From NCBI GenBank assembly GCA_049423385.1, contig JBMSQQ010000032.1:1-34687 (forward strand): DNA of 34,687 bases, read 5' to 3'. Origin of the DNA: Silvanigrellaceae bacterium. GTDB taxonomy: Bacteria > Bdellovibrionota_B > Oligoflexia > Silvanigrellales > Silvanigrellaceae. Below, piece after piece: positions 9,480 through 17,355 of the stretch. The position numbers were made by a program, and so were the translations under genes. A model generated the notes under the pieces. The model was given only the letters and a program-made list of their open reading frames with translations. It was not told where the DNA came from and ran no database searches. Position 1 is the first letter of the stretch; each line of letters opens with the position of its first letter.

Positions 9480-10945
9480 GATACGGATTTCTCCTCGAAT
9501 GATTTTTCTGATTCAGTGTTTTCGATTTGCTCCAGGAGCTGCAATTCCAATGCCATTGCATTGAAATTCGACTCGATGGTCAGTGCCCAGCGATAAACGT
9601 CCTTCATGAGCGTACCATCGACAATCTGACCATGGCTGACACGACTCAACAAGACCCTTGCAGACTGCAACAAGTCAGGCAGTCGAACAATGTAACGAGC
9701 CAGATCACTCTTGTAATCTTCCGTCAAAGCAACGTTGAAGTTTTCTTCGATGATGGCTTTCACCCGATCATGACTGTCGCGCAAGACCGCTTCTCCGTGC
9801 CCCTTGACCAGCCGACGGGACGATGCAGACATTTCAGCCTGCCGGGCCATGAGGGACGCCCGCTCAGCTTCGACATTCAAAACCCGATCAACTTCATCCT
9901 TGAACCACGAGAATGCCACCGCCATGTCGTCGGGAACTTCGCCGAAGAGCTCACGCAACCGCGGCTTGTAAAGATCCATGAATGAAACAAGCGCTGCTGT
10001 CACGGAAGGATTTTTGTCGACCCTTTGAAACTCGGACCTGAGCTCACGCAATTCCTCGAGTGTTCGACGAACGGTGTCCAGGGGAACTTCGCCAAGAATT
10101 TCACGAATTTCTTCCGCCGCTATCACGCCTTCATCTGCAATTTGAAGCCTGCGTTCCTCGCGTCTTTGGGACTCGAGCATGTTTGCCAACTGGTGTTCGA
10201 TTTCCCGTTTCCTGTTCCAGAGGCTGAAGGCGACCGGAACACAAAGCGGCAAGCTGACGATCAAAATGCACATAATCAATGCGAGATTGAATCCCCTTTT
10301 GACCGAAGCCAGCCGCTCGAGCGCATTTTCACGACGCTGTTCAATTTTTTGAATATTCTCCTCGTAACGAACTCGATTTTGAAAGTGAAAAATCGAATCG
10401 CAGAGGTGTTCGGCATTGTCAGCATAAGGCATCAAGCGGTTGAGAGCCTTGTAGCGAGAATACTTGTGCAAGATATGAGATTCGGCCAGCCCCAGATTCT
10501 GTTCGACAAACTGTCTTGCCCGCGCATGATTCTGCTGGAATTTTTGTCTCTCGGCTTCCTGGAGGCCGTTCCACAGGCGCAACGTCTTTGTCAGATCGTC
10601 AATTTCCGATTGAAGAGTTTCGATGCTGTGCTTGTGGCGCTCGAAATCGACAAGTCGCTCGTGCAGGACGCGGTAAGCGTCTTTTGCACGCAACCACTGA
10701 CCTGCTTCCTCGGTCAGCGGCCCACGGGCAAACTCTTCCATGGCCACAAGCGCACGCTCGGCACGCCTGATTTGCGCAGCCCTCATTGCCGTCGGCTGCT
10801 GTGAGAACGTTGCAGCAAGGACTCCCATTTGAAGTCCGAGATTCGACAAATCATCTGACCTGACGTGCGACATAGTTTGTCCGATTCGTAAAAGTGGCCC
10901 AGGAGGGTCAGTCAACAGGGCTGTTCTGGGTAAACCCTGCAGCAT
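9476..10945 (-). CDS. coiled-coil protein with a central transmembrane hairpin
   Basis: long E/R/Q/L-rich helical stretches either side of GFNLALIMCILIVSLPLCVPVAFSLW; the true start may be ATG 10873. Confidence 0.75.
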   Translation of the reverse strand: MLQGLPRTALLTDPPGPLLRIGQTMSHVRSDDLSNLGLQMGVLAATFSQQPTAMRAAQIRRAERALVAMEEFARGPLTEEAGQWLRAKDAYRVLHERLVDFERHKHSIETLQSEIDDLTKTLRLWNGLQEAERQKFQQNHARARQFVEQNLGLAESHILHKYSRYKALNRLMPYADNAEHLCDSIFHFQNRVRYEENIQKIEQRRENALERLASVKRGFNLALIMCILIVSLPLCVPVAFSLWNRKREIEHQLANMLESQRREERRLQIADEGVIAAEEIREILGEVPLDTVRRTLEELRELRSEFQRVDKNPSVTAALVSFMDLYKPRLRELFGEVPDDMAVAFSWFKDEVDRVLNVEAERASLMARQAEMSASSRRLVKGHGEAVLRDSHDRVKAIIEENFNVALTEDYKSDLARYIVRLPDLLQSARVLLSRVSHGQIVDGTLMKDVYRWALTIESNFNAMALELQLLEQIENTESEKSFEEKSVS

Positions 10946-11052
10946 TATGACCCGAATGGCCGCCCCGGGAAACGTGCGGCTGTGTCAAAACACTGTTCAT
11001 GACCGGCCCAAGAAAAACCCTGAAACCTTTAAATTTTACTGAACATTTTAAT

Positions 11053-11083
11053 CTTGCGACTCACCCTTGCCTTGTGCTACGTG
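11053..11083 (+). promoter_or_regulatory. putative sigma70 promoter of prfC
   Basis: cTTGCGA-N18-TACGTG, with TGc extended -10. Confidence 0.3.
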
Positions 11084-11107
11084 ACGCGTTGCAAATTGGA
11101 GGGCTCC

Positions 11108-12751
11108 ATGCCTGCAGACAAAATCGAACTTGAACAGCAAACCCAACGCCGACGCACGTTTGCGATTATCTCGCACCCTGACGCGGGTAAAACGACGCTG
11201 ACCGAAAAACTGCTCCTCCTGGGTGGCGCCATTCGGCTTGCAGGCTCGGTCAAGGCCAAGAAATCGAAAAAATTTGCGACTTCCGACTGGATGGAGCTTG
11301 AAAAGCAGCGCGGAATTTCTGTTTCCACGAGCGTCATGAACTTCGAGTATCGCAACTACGTCTGCAATCTGCTGGACACCCCGGGCCACCAGGACTTTTC
11401 GGAAGACACCTATCGAACCCTGGCAGCAGCCGATGCCGCAATCATGTTGATAGACGCCGCAAAGGGTGTTGAGCCGCAGACGATCAAGCTTTTCGAGGTT
11501 TGCAAGATTCGGCAAATTCCAATTTTTACATTCGTCAACAAGATGGACCGCGATGCACGCGACCCCTTCGACCTCATGGATGAAATTGAGCGTGTGCTGG
11601 GAATTGAAACCTACCCGATGACCTGGCCCATCAGCAGCGGTGAAAGGTTCAAAGGGGTCATCGAACGAAAGACCCGATTGGTGCACTTTTTTCAGGGTCG
11701 GAACACGACACTCGAAACTCCCGCTCAACTTATTCCTCTCGATGACACTGCTCAGCTGAATGAACTGATTCCTCAGGCGGATCTCGAATCCACTTTGGAA
11801 GGCCTCGAAATGGTCGATACTGCCGGAAATGATTTTTCTCACGAAAAGTTTTTCCGTGGCGGGATTTCCCCCGTCTTTTTTGGCAGCGCGATGACTAATT
11901 TTGGAGTGCGAGCATTCCTCGAGGCGTTCCTGGAAATGTGCCCCGGCCCAAGTTCCAAGGGAAGCAATATCGGGCCGGTTGATCCTTTGTCGCAAAACTT
12001 CAGCGGTTTTGTTTTCAAGATTCAGGCAAACATGGATCCCAAACACAGGGACCGCATCGCATTCCTTCGAGTCGTCAGTGGCGTTTATGAAGCCGGTTTG
12101 ATGGTGAACCATTCGCGGCTTGGACGGGAAATCAAATTAACCCAGCCGCAACAGTTTTTCGCCCAGGAGAGAACTGCCAGCGATCGTGCATACGCGGGCG
12201 ACATCGTCGGAATTTACGATCCAGGACTTTTTGCCATCGGTGATTCATTGACCGAGAACCAGAAATTCCAATTTGAGGGCATTCCGCAATTTGCTCCAGA
12301 GCACTTCGGCGCGGTACGAACTTCCAGCGCCCTCAAGCGAAAGCAGCTCCTGAAAGGGTTGATCCAGCTCTGCCAGGAAGGCACTGTCCAGATGTTTGTC
12401 GATGAATCTCGGGCTGCGAGCGATCCCATTCTGGCTGCCGTGGGAGTTCTCCAATTCGACGTCGTTTTGTTCCGGCTGCGGAACGAATACAACGTCGACT
12501 GCGCGCTCGACATGCTCCCTTACAAGCATGCCCGTTGGACCAACTGCACGGATGAGGAAATTGCAGACGCCAAAGCAAAAACCGATGCCACGGTTGTACG
12601 TGACATGTCGGGCAATGCGTTGTTCCTCTTCCGGAATGATTTCAACATCGGTTATTTCCAGGAAACGTGTCCAAAGATTCCCCTCTTCAGAAGCAATGCA
12701 AAACTCAGCGGCAACATGATGAGATCTGCTTCGACGTTTTTTGACGAATGA
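11108..12751 (+). CDS. prfC: peptide chain release factor 3
   Basis: RRRTFAIISHPDAGKTTLTEK, SDWMELEKQRGIS, DTPGHQDFSEDTYRTL, FKIQANMDPKHRDRIAF, VGVLQFDV; GGAGG RBS before ATG 11108. Confidence 0.97.
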   Translation: MPADKIELEQQTQRRRTFAIISHPDAGKTTLTEKLLLLGGAIRLAGSVKAKKSKKFATSDWMELEKQRGISVSTSVMNFEYRNYVCNLLDTPGHQDFSEDTYRTLAAADAAIMLIDAAKGVEPQTIKLFEVCKIRQIPIFTFVNKMDRDARDPFDLMDEIERVLGIETYPMTWPISSGERFKGVIERKTRLVHFFQGRNTTLETPAQLIPLDDTAQLNELIPQADLESTLEGLEMVDTAGNDFSHEKFFRGGISPVFFGSAMTNFGVRAFLEAFLEMCPGPSSKGSNIGPVDPLSQNFSGFVFKIQANMDPKHRDRIAFLRVVSGVYEAGLMVNHSRLGREIKLTQPQQFFAQERTASDRAYAGDIVGIYDPGLFAIGDSLTENQKFQFEGIPQFAPEHFGAVRTSSALKRKQLLKGLIQLCQEGTVQMFVDESRAASDPILAAVGVLQFDVVLFRLRNEYNVDCALDMLPYKHARWTNCTDEEIADAKAKTDATVVRDMSGNALFLFRNDFNIGYFQETCPKIPLFRSNAKLSGNMMRSASTFFDE

Positions 12752-12766
12752 CAGGCGGGATTTTTC

Positions 12767-13036
12767 ATGGCTGACAACAAATTTCCCGACAACAATGAGC
12801 AAGAAGGACCGTTCGGTTCGGAACCTTCAGCCAAAGTCCTGCCATTTCGAAAGCCAGCCGCAATACAGACCACGCTTCCAAGGCGCAAACCGCACCAAGC
12901 GGGAAAAAGTGGCTCGGCTGCGAATCAGACGAATCACCCTGCAAAACCATGGAAAGGCAGAGTGGCGCAGTTCGTGCAGCTCGCCCTTCTGGTGTTGGGC
13001 GTCTTGTTGGCCCTCAAGAATTGCGGAAAACTCTGA
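12767..13036 (+). CDS. small protein with a C-terminal membrane anchor
   Basis: 89 aa, disordered N-terminus, C-terminal hydrophobic helix VAQFVQLALLVLGVLLAL; starts 15 nt after prfC. Confidence 0.65.
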   Translation: MADNKFPDNNEQEGPFGSEPSAKVLPFRKPAAIQTTLPRRKPHQAGKSGSAANQTNHPAKPWKGRVAQFVQLALLVLGVLLALKNCGKL

Positions 13037-13068
13037 AAATTTCAGAACAATATTTTTTGCTCCCAGGA

Positions 13069-13098
13069 CTTGCGCGAGCCACTCGCCTTTGCTACACA
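13069..13098 (+). promoter_or_regulatory. putative sigma70 promoter of tRNA-Asp
   Basis: cTTGCGC-N17-TACACA with TGc, ending 13 nt before the tRNA. Confidence 0.45.
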
Positions 13099-13111
13099 CC
13101 CTGACGACCGC

Positions 13112-13188
13112 GGGGGCGTAGTAGAGTTGGTTACAACGCTGGCCTGTCACGCCGGAGGTCGCGGGTTCAAGTCCCGTCGCTCCCGCCA
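13112..13188 (+). tRNA. tRNA-Asp(GTC)
   Basis: acceptor stem GGGGGCG/CGCTCCC, G discriminator plus CCA, anticodon loop CT-GTC-AC, T-arm GGTTCAAGTCC. Confidence 0.97.
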
Positions 13189-13194
13189 TCACCC

Positions 13195-13230
13195 AAAACC
13201 CTGGTTTGCAAAAACCAGGGTTTTTTATTT
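13195..13230. terminator. bidirectional intrinsic terminator between the convergent tRNAs
   Basis: 13-bp inverted repeat AAAACCCTGGTTT-GCAA-AAACCAGGGTTTT with T tracts on both strands. Confidence 0.85.
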
Positions 13231-13349
13231 TCCGATTCCATTTTGTAACCGTGCGCAACAATGACAATCCATTGCAAGTCCATGTGCGGTTGAAAATTCG
13301 CAAAGAGATGAAATTTTGTGTCGGTATGCAGTGGGGATTTGCTGAAAAG

Positions 13350-13425
13350 TGGCAGGCCAGGAGGGATTCGAACCCACAACCCGTTGATTTGGAATCAACT
13401 GCTCTACCGTTGGAGCTACTGACCT
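13350..13425 (-). tRNA. tRNA-Trp(CCA)
   Basis: reverse complement AGGTCAGTAGCTCCAACGGTAGAGCAGTTGATTCCAAATCAACGGGTTGTGGGTTCGAATCCCTCCTGGCCTGCCA; anticodon CCA; encoded CCA end. Confidence 0.97.
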
Positions 13426-13438
13426 CAGCGGCCACAGG

Positions 13439-13467
13439 TGTATGCCGGAAGAGCTGCCGTGGTCAAG
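13439..13467 (-). promoter_or_regulatory. putative sigma70 promoter of tRNA-Trp
   Basis: minus strand cTTGACC-N16-CATACA, ending 13 nt before the tRNA. Confidence 0.4.
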
Positions 13468-13518
13468 TTTTGACGCACTGGGTGAACTGTGTTTACGTCC
13501 GGTCGGAGGAATCCCACA

Positions 13519-14118
13519 ATGGTTACAAAGCAAGTCATGAATTCGAAACTCAACGGTCTGCGTTCACGCATCCTTCCCAAAGCGAGCGAAAAGCTGACAC
13601 GGGCCCTCAAGAAACTGCCACTTGAAATCAGTGGCGGGTTGCCAATACTCAACCTCGAGAATTCCCGGGCAGACCTCGATGCGGCTGCGGAGATTAATTA
13701 TGCCACGGCACTCTCTGCGGGCTTCGATTTGAAAGCTGCAGACGCGGTCGTCATTCCTCCCGGAGAATGGAGATTGGTGGACACTGGTCTCCGCTTGGCC
13801 CCCCAAAACTCAAAGCCTTTGGCGAGAATCCGCCTTGGCCGGACAGGTTTCGATATCGTTGCAGAACTGCAAGTGCGTCCGCGCAGCGGGCTGGCAGCAA
13901 AAAAGGGAATCACCGTGCTGAACGCCCCGGGCACAATTGATGCCGACTATGAGGGCAAAATCATGACCTGCCTCATGAATCACGGCGGCGAACCCTTCAA
14001 AATAGCCAAGGGTGACAAGGTCTCCCAGGGAGTTTTCGCCCTTGCCATCCGCCCTCACAGCGTTCCAGTTGCAGAAAAAACCCGGGGAGCGGGTGGATTT
14101 GGCTCAACCGGCCACTGA
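13519..14118 (+). CDS. dut: trimeric dUTP diphosphatase with an N-terminal extension
   Basis: all five motifs present: SAGFDL, RPRSGL, GTIDADYEG, GDKVSQ, RGAGGFGSTG; GGAGGA RBS before ATG 13519. Confidence 0.95.
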   Translation: MVTKQVMNSKLNGLRSRILPKASEKLTRALKKLPLEISGGLPILNLENSRADLDAAAEINYATALSAGFDLKAADAVVIPPGEWRLVDTGLRLAPQNSKPLARIRLGRTGFDIVAELQVRPRSGLAAKKGITVLNAPGTIDADYEGKIMTCLMNHGGEPFKIAKGDKVSQGVFALAIRPHSVPVAEKTRGAGGFGSTGH

Positions 14119-14218
14119 GGTCTTTGCCATCCGACTCCAAATATCCGGTTCCTTTCAGAAATTCACTGTTTTCAAGCATTACTCCGCCCGAGGAGGGTTT
14201 GACTTCACAGCCAACCTT

Positions 14219-14308
14219 GGGCAGACTCCGAAATGAGCGCCACACACTGCGGCAGTTTTAATTGAACTAAACTGCAGAGCAGACATGGTGCCTATACAGG
14301 AGCTGCCC
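14219..14308 (+). promoter_or_regulatory. ~90-nt nested hairpin pairing the RBS of the downstream ORF
   Basis: GGGCAG/CTGCCC, CTCC/GGAG, GCGCCA/TGGTGC, CTGC/GCAG and GCAGTTT/AAACTGC nested helices, ending 1 nt before ATG 14310. Confidence 0.5.
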
Positions 14309-14309
14309 C

Positions 14310-14663
14310 ATGGGCGATGCCAGTCAAACTGGAAGTACCAACAAGTCTCGTTTTCGTTCCCAATTGATTGTCGAAGGGCAACCTTCTCGTCTCGGTGGCG
14401 ATGAATCCTCGCCTGAAGCAGACAGGATTCCAATTCTTTACACACACGCAGAAGACAACAGGAATCTCGACATGGTCCCAAGCGGAGGGACTGCTTGTCG
14501 CTCCCTGGAGGAACTTCTTTCCTATCTGGAGAGCGATTCGGTCGACACGCTGTGGTTCGACGACTCCGTGACTGCTCAAGAGCGGAGTTATATCACCGGT
14601 TGGGCCAGGATATTCAGGCCCGGTGTCATGACTCAGCTCATCCAACAAAAGATAGCAAACTGA
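14310..14663 (+). CDS. hypothetical protein, truncated receiver (REC)-like
   Basis: AGGAG RBS; SLEELLSYLESDSVDTLWFD resembles the receiver alpha2-beta3 segment ending in the acceptor Asp. Confidence 0.6.
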   Translation: MGDASQTGSTNKSRFRSQLIVEGQPSRLGGDESSPEADRIPILYTHAEDNRNLDMVPSGGTACRSLEELLSYLESDSVDTLWFDDSVTAQERSYITGWARIFRPGVMTQLIQQKIAN

Positions 14664-14676
14664 GCGACCCATTCCC

Positions 14677-14772
14677 CAGCCCGTCAGCACACTGACCGGG
14701 GCTGAAAACTTTTCATCAAGTTCCTGCTGCATTTCTTTCATCATGATTGTGAATGCAGAATTTGATGAAAAG
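14677..14772 (+). promoter_or_regulatory. two tandem hairpins in the pilM leader
   Basis: CAGCCC-GTCAG/CTGAC-GGGCTG (14677-14704), then CTTTTCATCAAGTT/AATTTGATGAAAAG plus CTGCATTT/GAATGCAG (14709-14772). Confidence 0.55.
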
Positions 14773-14784
14773 GGCATTGGCTGA

Positions 14785-15879
14785 ATGGTTGCATCGCTCT
14801 TGAGTCTCTTTAAAAGCAACTCCGGTTTGCAGCTGGGCATCGATGTGGGTGCGTCAGCAGTTAAAGTCGTTGCCTTGGAGCGCTCTGGCAAGAGCTACCG
14901 GTTGATGGGTTTGGGATGGGAAGAGACCCCTCCGGGAGCCGTTGTTGACGGGAGCCTGAGCGACACAAAAACCATTGCACAGGTCGTCACCGCAGCCCTC
15001 AAACAAACGAAACTCAACTACAAAGGCGCAAGTGCTGCTATCGGACTTCGCGGAATCAATGTGGTGTTCAAAAGGATCTCAATTCCTTTCCAGGGCATTT
15101 CAGAACTCGGCAAGCAGATCATTCTCGAAGCGCAGCAACACGTCGACTCAGATTTGTCGAACTGGGAAATTGACTACGAACCGATTGGCGAACCAACAAC
15201 AGATGGTCAAATATCAGTTCTTCTTGTCGCGGCGCGAAAAAGCGTTGTTGACCAATACGTGGAGATGCTCAAGCAGGTCGGCGTCCGTCCGGCGGTATTG
15301 GATTGCGACGCATTTGCTATTTCAAACTCGCTTGAAACAATCATACCCGATGACTCGAAGACATTGCTTTGCATTGACGTTGGTCGCGACAGTACAAAAA
15401 TCCATCTCACAATTCGGGGACAGACGAGCATCATCCGCAGCCTCCCCATCGGTGGAGCTCAACTGACAGACCTATTGTCTCGCCAACTTGGGGTCAACCA
15501 CGTTGAAGCAGAGACACTGAAATGGAGCATCGGAAATCCCGACTTCGCACAAAGCCACCCGGAGATTGCTGAAATCTGCAAACAGCACACCTTCGAACTT
15601 TGTGAAGAAGTCAAAAAGACTATGGAATTCTATGCAGGAATGGACACCACCGCGGCAATCCGCGACATCGATGCCATCGTTTTGTCCGGCGGTGGATCCG
15701 TCGTACCGGGGTTGAGCGAAGGCATCAGCACCCTTCTCAACGCAGACACCGTCTACGCGTCTCCATTTCGCGGAATGGAGCTGACTTCCAAAGAGCAGGA
15801 AACGGTGACCGGGCGGTACTCTCATCAATTCGCGGTTGCGACGGGTCTCGCGCTTCGACGGGAGGGCGACAAGGAATGA
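14785..15879 (+). CDS. pilM: type IV pilus assembly protein PilM
   Basis: LGIDVGASAVKVV, VLLVAARK, IDVGRDST and VLSGGGS actin-like motifs; FAVATGLALR C-terminus. Confidence 0.95.
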   Translation: MVASLLSLFKSNSGLQLGIDVGASAVKVVALERSGKSYRLMGLGWEETPPGAVVDGSLSDTKTIAQVVTAALKQTKLNYKGASAAIGLRGINVVFKRISIPFQGISELGKQIILEAQQHVDSDLSNWEIDYEPIGEPTTDGQISVLLVAARKSVVDQYVEMLKQVGVRPAVLDCDAFAISNSLETIIPDDSKTLLCIDVGRDSTKIHLTIRGQTSIIRSLPIGGAQLTDLLSRQLGVNHVEAETLKWSIGNPDFAQSHPEIAEICKQHTFELCEEVKKTMEFYAGMDTTAAIRDIDAIVLSGGGSVVPGLSEGISTLLNADTVYASPFRGMELTSKEQETVTGRYSHQFAVATGLALRREGDKE

Positions 15880-16541
15880 TTCGCATAAACCTTGCCCCCC
15901 AAATTGATCAGTCTTCAGGTCGAAATCAGGTTCTCATTCATGTGGCCCTCGTCGCGGCACTCTGTGCCATGTCCTACTATGGAACGGAACTTTATTCCGA
16001 ACGCTACACCGAAGAAACTGAAAAGACCGAAAACAAAATTGCAGAGCTGCGACAAACCAAAGCATCGCTGAAAAAAGATCTCGAACGCGCTCAAGACATC
16101 CGGAGAAAAACAGAACAAATCAAAATAAGAACCGCCCGCGTGCGCCAACTTGGCGAAGGAAGAAAACTTTCTGTCGTTCTTCTCGACAGTCTCCAGTCGA
16201 AGCATCCCGAGCGCATGTGGTTCAGCAAAATTGCTTACTCGACAAAAACGAAGTCACTGACTCTTTCAGTATACGCACTCGATCATACGGTGATCGCAGA
16301 CTACATGAAACGTCTCAAGGAAATTTGCAAAATCGATGCGGGCGATTTGGCCGAATTGAAAGACTATATTCCCCCTCAATTGTTGAATACCGAAATCAAG
16401 CAATCGACTGCTGCAGTTCTGCCTCGCGCGGATGTTCAATCTCTCGACCAGGTGACATTGAAACAACTGATCAGCAGTGAAGAATTGCAGGGAGTTACAC
16501 TGCAAAAATTTGAGATCTCGATTCGCGTGACGGATGGATAG
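15876..16541 (+). CDS. pilN: type IV pilus assembly protein PilN
   Basis: MIRINLAP PilM-binding motif, TM helix, coiled coil, PERMWF; ATGA overlap with pilM. Confidence 0.9.
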   Translation: MIRINLAPQIDQSSGRNQVLIHVALVAALCAMSYYGTELYSERYTEETEKTENKIAELRQTKASLKKDLERAQDIRRKTEQIKIRTARVRQLGEGRKLSVVLLDSLQSKHPERMWFSKIAYSTKTKSLTLSVYALDHTVIADYMKRLKEICKIDAGDLAELKDYIPPQLLNTEIKQSTAAVLPRADVQSLDQVTLKQLISSEELQGVTLQKFEISIRVTDG

Positions 16542-16548
16542 GTAACAG

Positions 16549-17355
16549 ATGGCAGACTTTTTGAAAAAGTATGAACAGTTCCCGGTTGCGTTCAAGATAT
16601 TGGGCGCAATCGGTCTGGTTTCTTTTTCAGGCTATCTCGCGTGGGAAGAATTCGTGGTTCCAAAAGTCACGGTTCTGGATGAAAAAATTGCGGAACAAAC
16701 TAAAATCGAGGAAGAGCTGAGAATTCTGAACAAGGATTTTGTCAGTCCCGTGACCCTCGACGAGGAACTTGCGGTTGCAAGCCGGGAATTCAAAAGACTT
16801 GTGGAATTGCTTCCGCAGGATGCATCAGTGGACCGCGTCCTCAACGATTTTGCAAGCCTCGCGCGCGTTACGGGAACTGAAATCAGGGAATTCATCCCGA
16901 GTGCGGAATTGACGCTGACGCCAGCGGCAGGACAGGGCATTCAAGTGCCACCGCCGCCGCAAAATCCAAACAATCAACAGCAGCAGAGCAAAGCGGTGGT
17001 GGAACAGGAAGACACGAACGCCATCGGTTTGCAGATGAAGATGTATGGAACTTTTCCTGCGGTTGTCTCGTTTCTGGACTTGGCCATGACCCTTCCCCGT
17101 GTCGTGCGCGTCCAGGATTTTGAGATCGTCAATCCGGATCGAGAACTGAAATTGACACAAAAGCCAAAATTGACTTTCACAGGCCTGTTCTATGCCTATT
17201 TTCAGAAGAACACGCCATCGTCTCCGGCAGTGGTTGAAACAGCGCAACCCGACAAGGCCAAAAGTCCAACAGCCGCCATTGGCAAACCCGTTATAGATCT
17301 CAATGAAGTTATTGACGGTACCTATTCTGCGAAACCCCTCGGTGGAGGGAAATAA
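16549..17355 (+). CDS. pilO: type IV pilus assembly protein PilO
   Basis: N-terminal TM, coiled coil, LLPQDASVDRVL, GTFPAVVSFL..LPRVV; position in the operon. Confidence 0.9.
   Translation: MADFLKKYEQFPVAFKILGAIGLVSFSGYLAWEEFVVPKVTVLDEKIAEQTKIEEELRILNKDFVSPVTLDEELAVASREFKRLVELLPQDASVDRVLNDFASLARVTGTEIREFIPSAELTLTPAAGQGIQVPPPPQNPNNQQQQSKAVVEQEDTNAIGLQMKMYGTFPAVVSFLDLAMTLPRVVRVQDFEIVNPDRELKLTQKPKLTFTGLFYAYFQKNTPSSPAVVETAQPDKAKSPTAAIGKPVIDLNEVIDGTYSAKPLGGGK

Noticed and set aside
11048..12112. 354-aa antisense ORF and other long shadow ORFs (e.g. 3015-3857, 10025-10804, 14292-14891, 25966-26772, 30073-30867)
   Set aside because: They lie opposite well-supported genes and show no motifs; expected from codon bias
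12827..13625. ORFs spanning the tRNA genes
   Set aside because: Translations of tRNA and terminator sequence, a known annotation artefact
13112..14118. tRNA-adjacent dut as a prophage remnant
   Set aside because: No integrase, att duplication, phage genes or evident composition shift
14219..14308. hairpin as SRP RNA or 6S RNA
   Set aside because: It lacks the SRP domain IV GGAA loop and symmetric loop, and it is too short with no large central bubble for 6S
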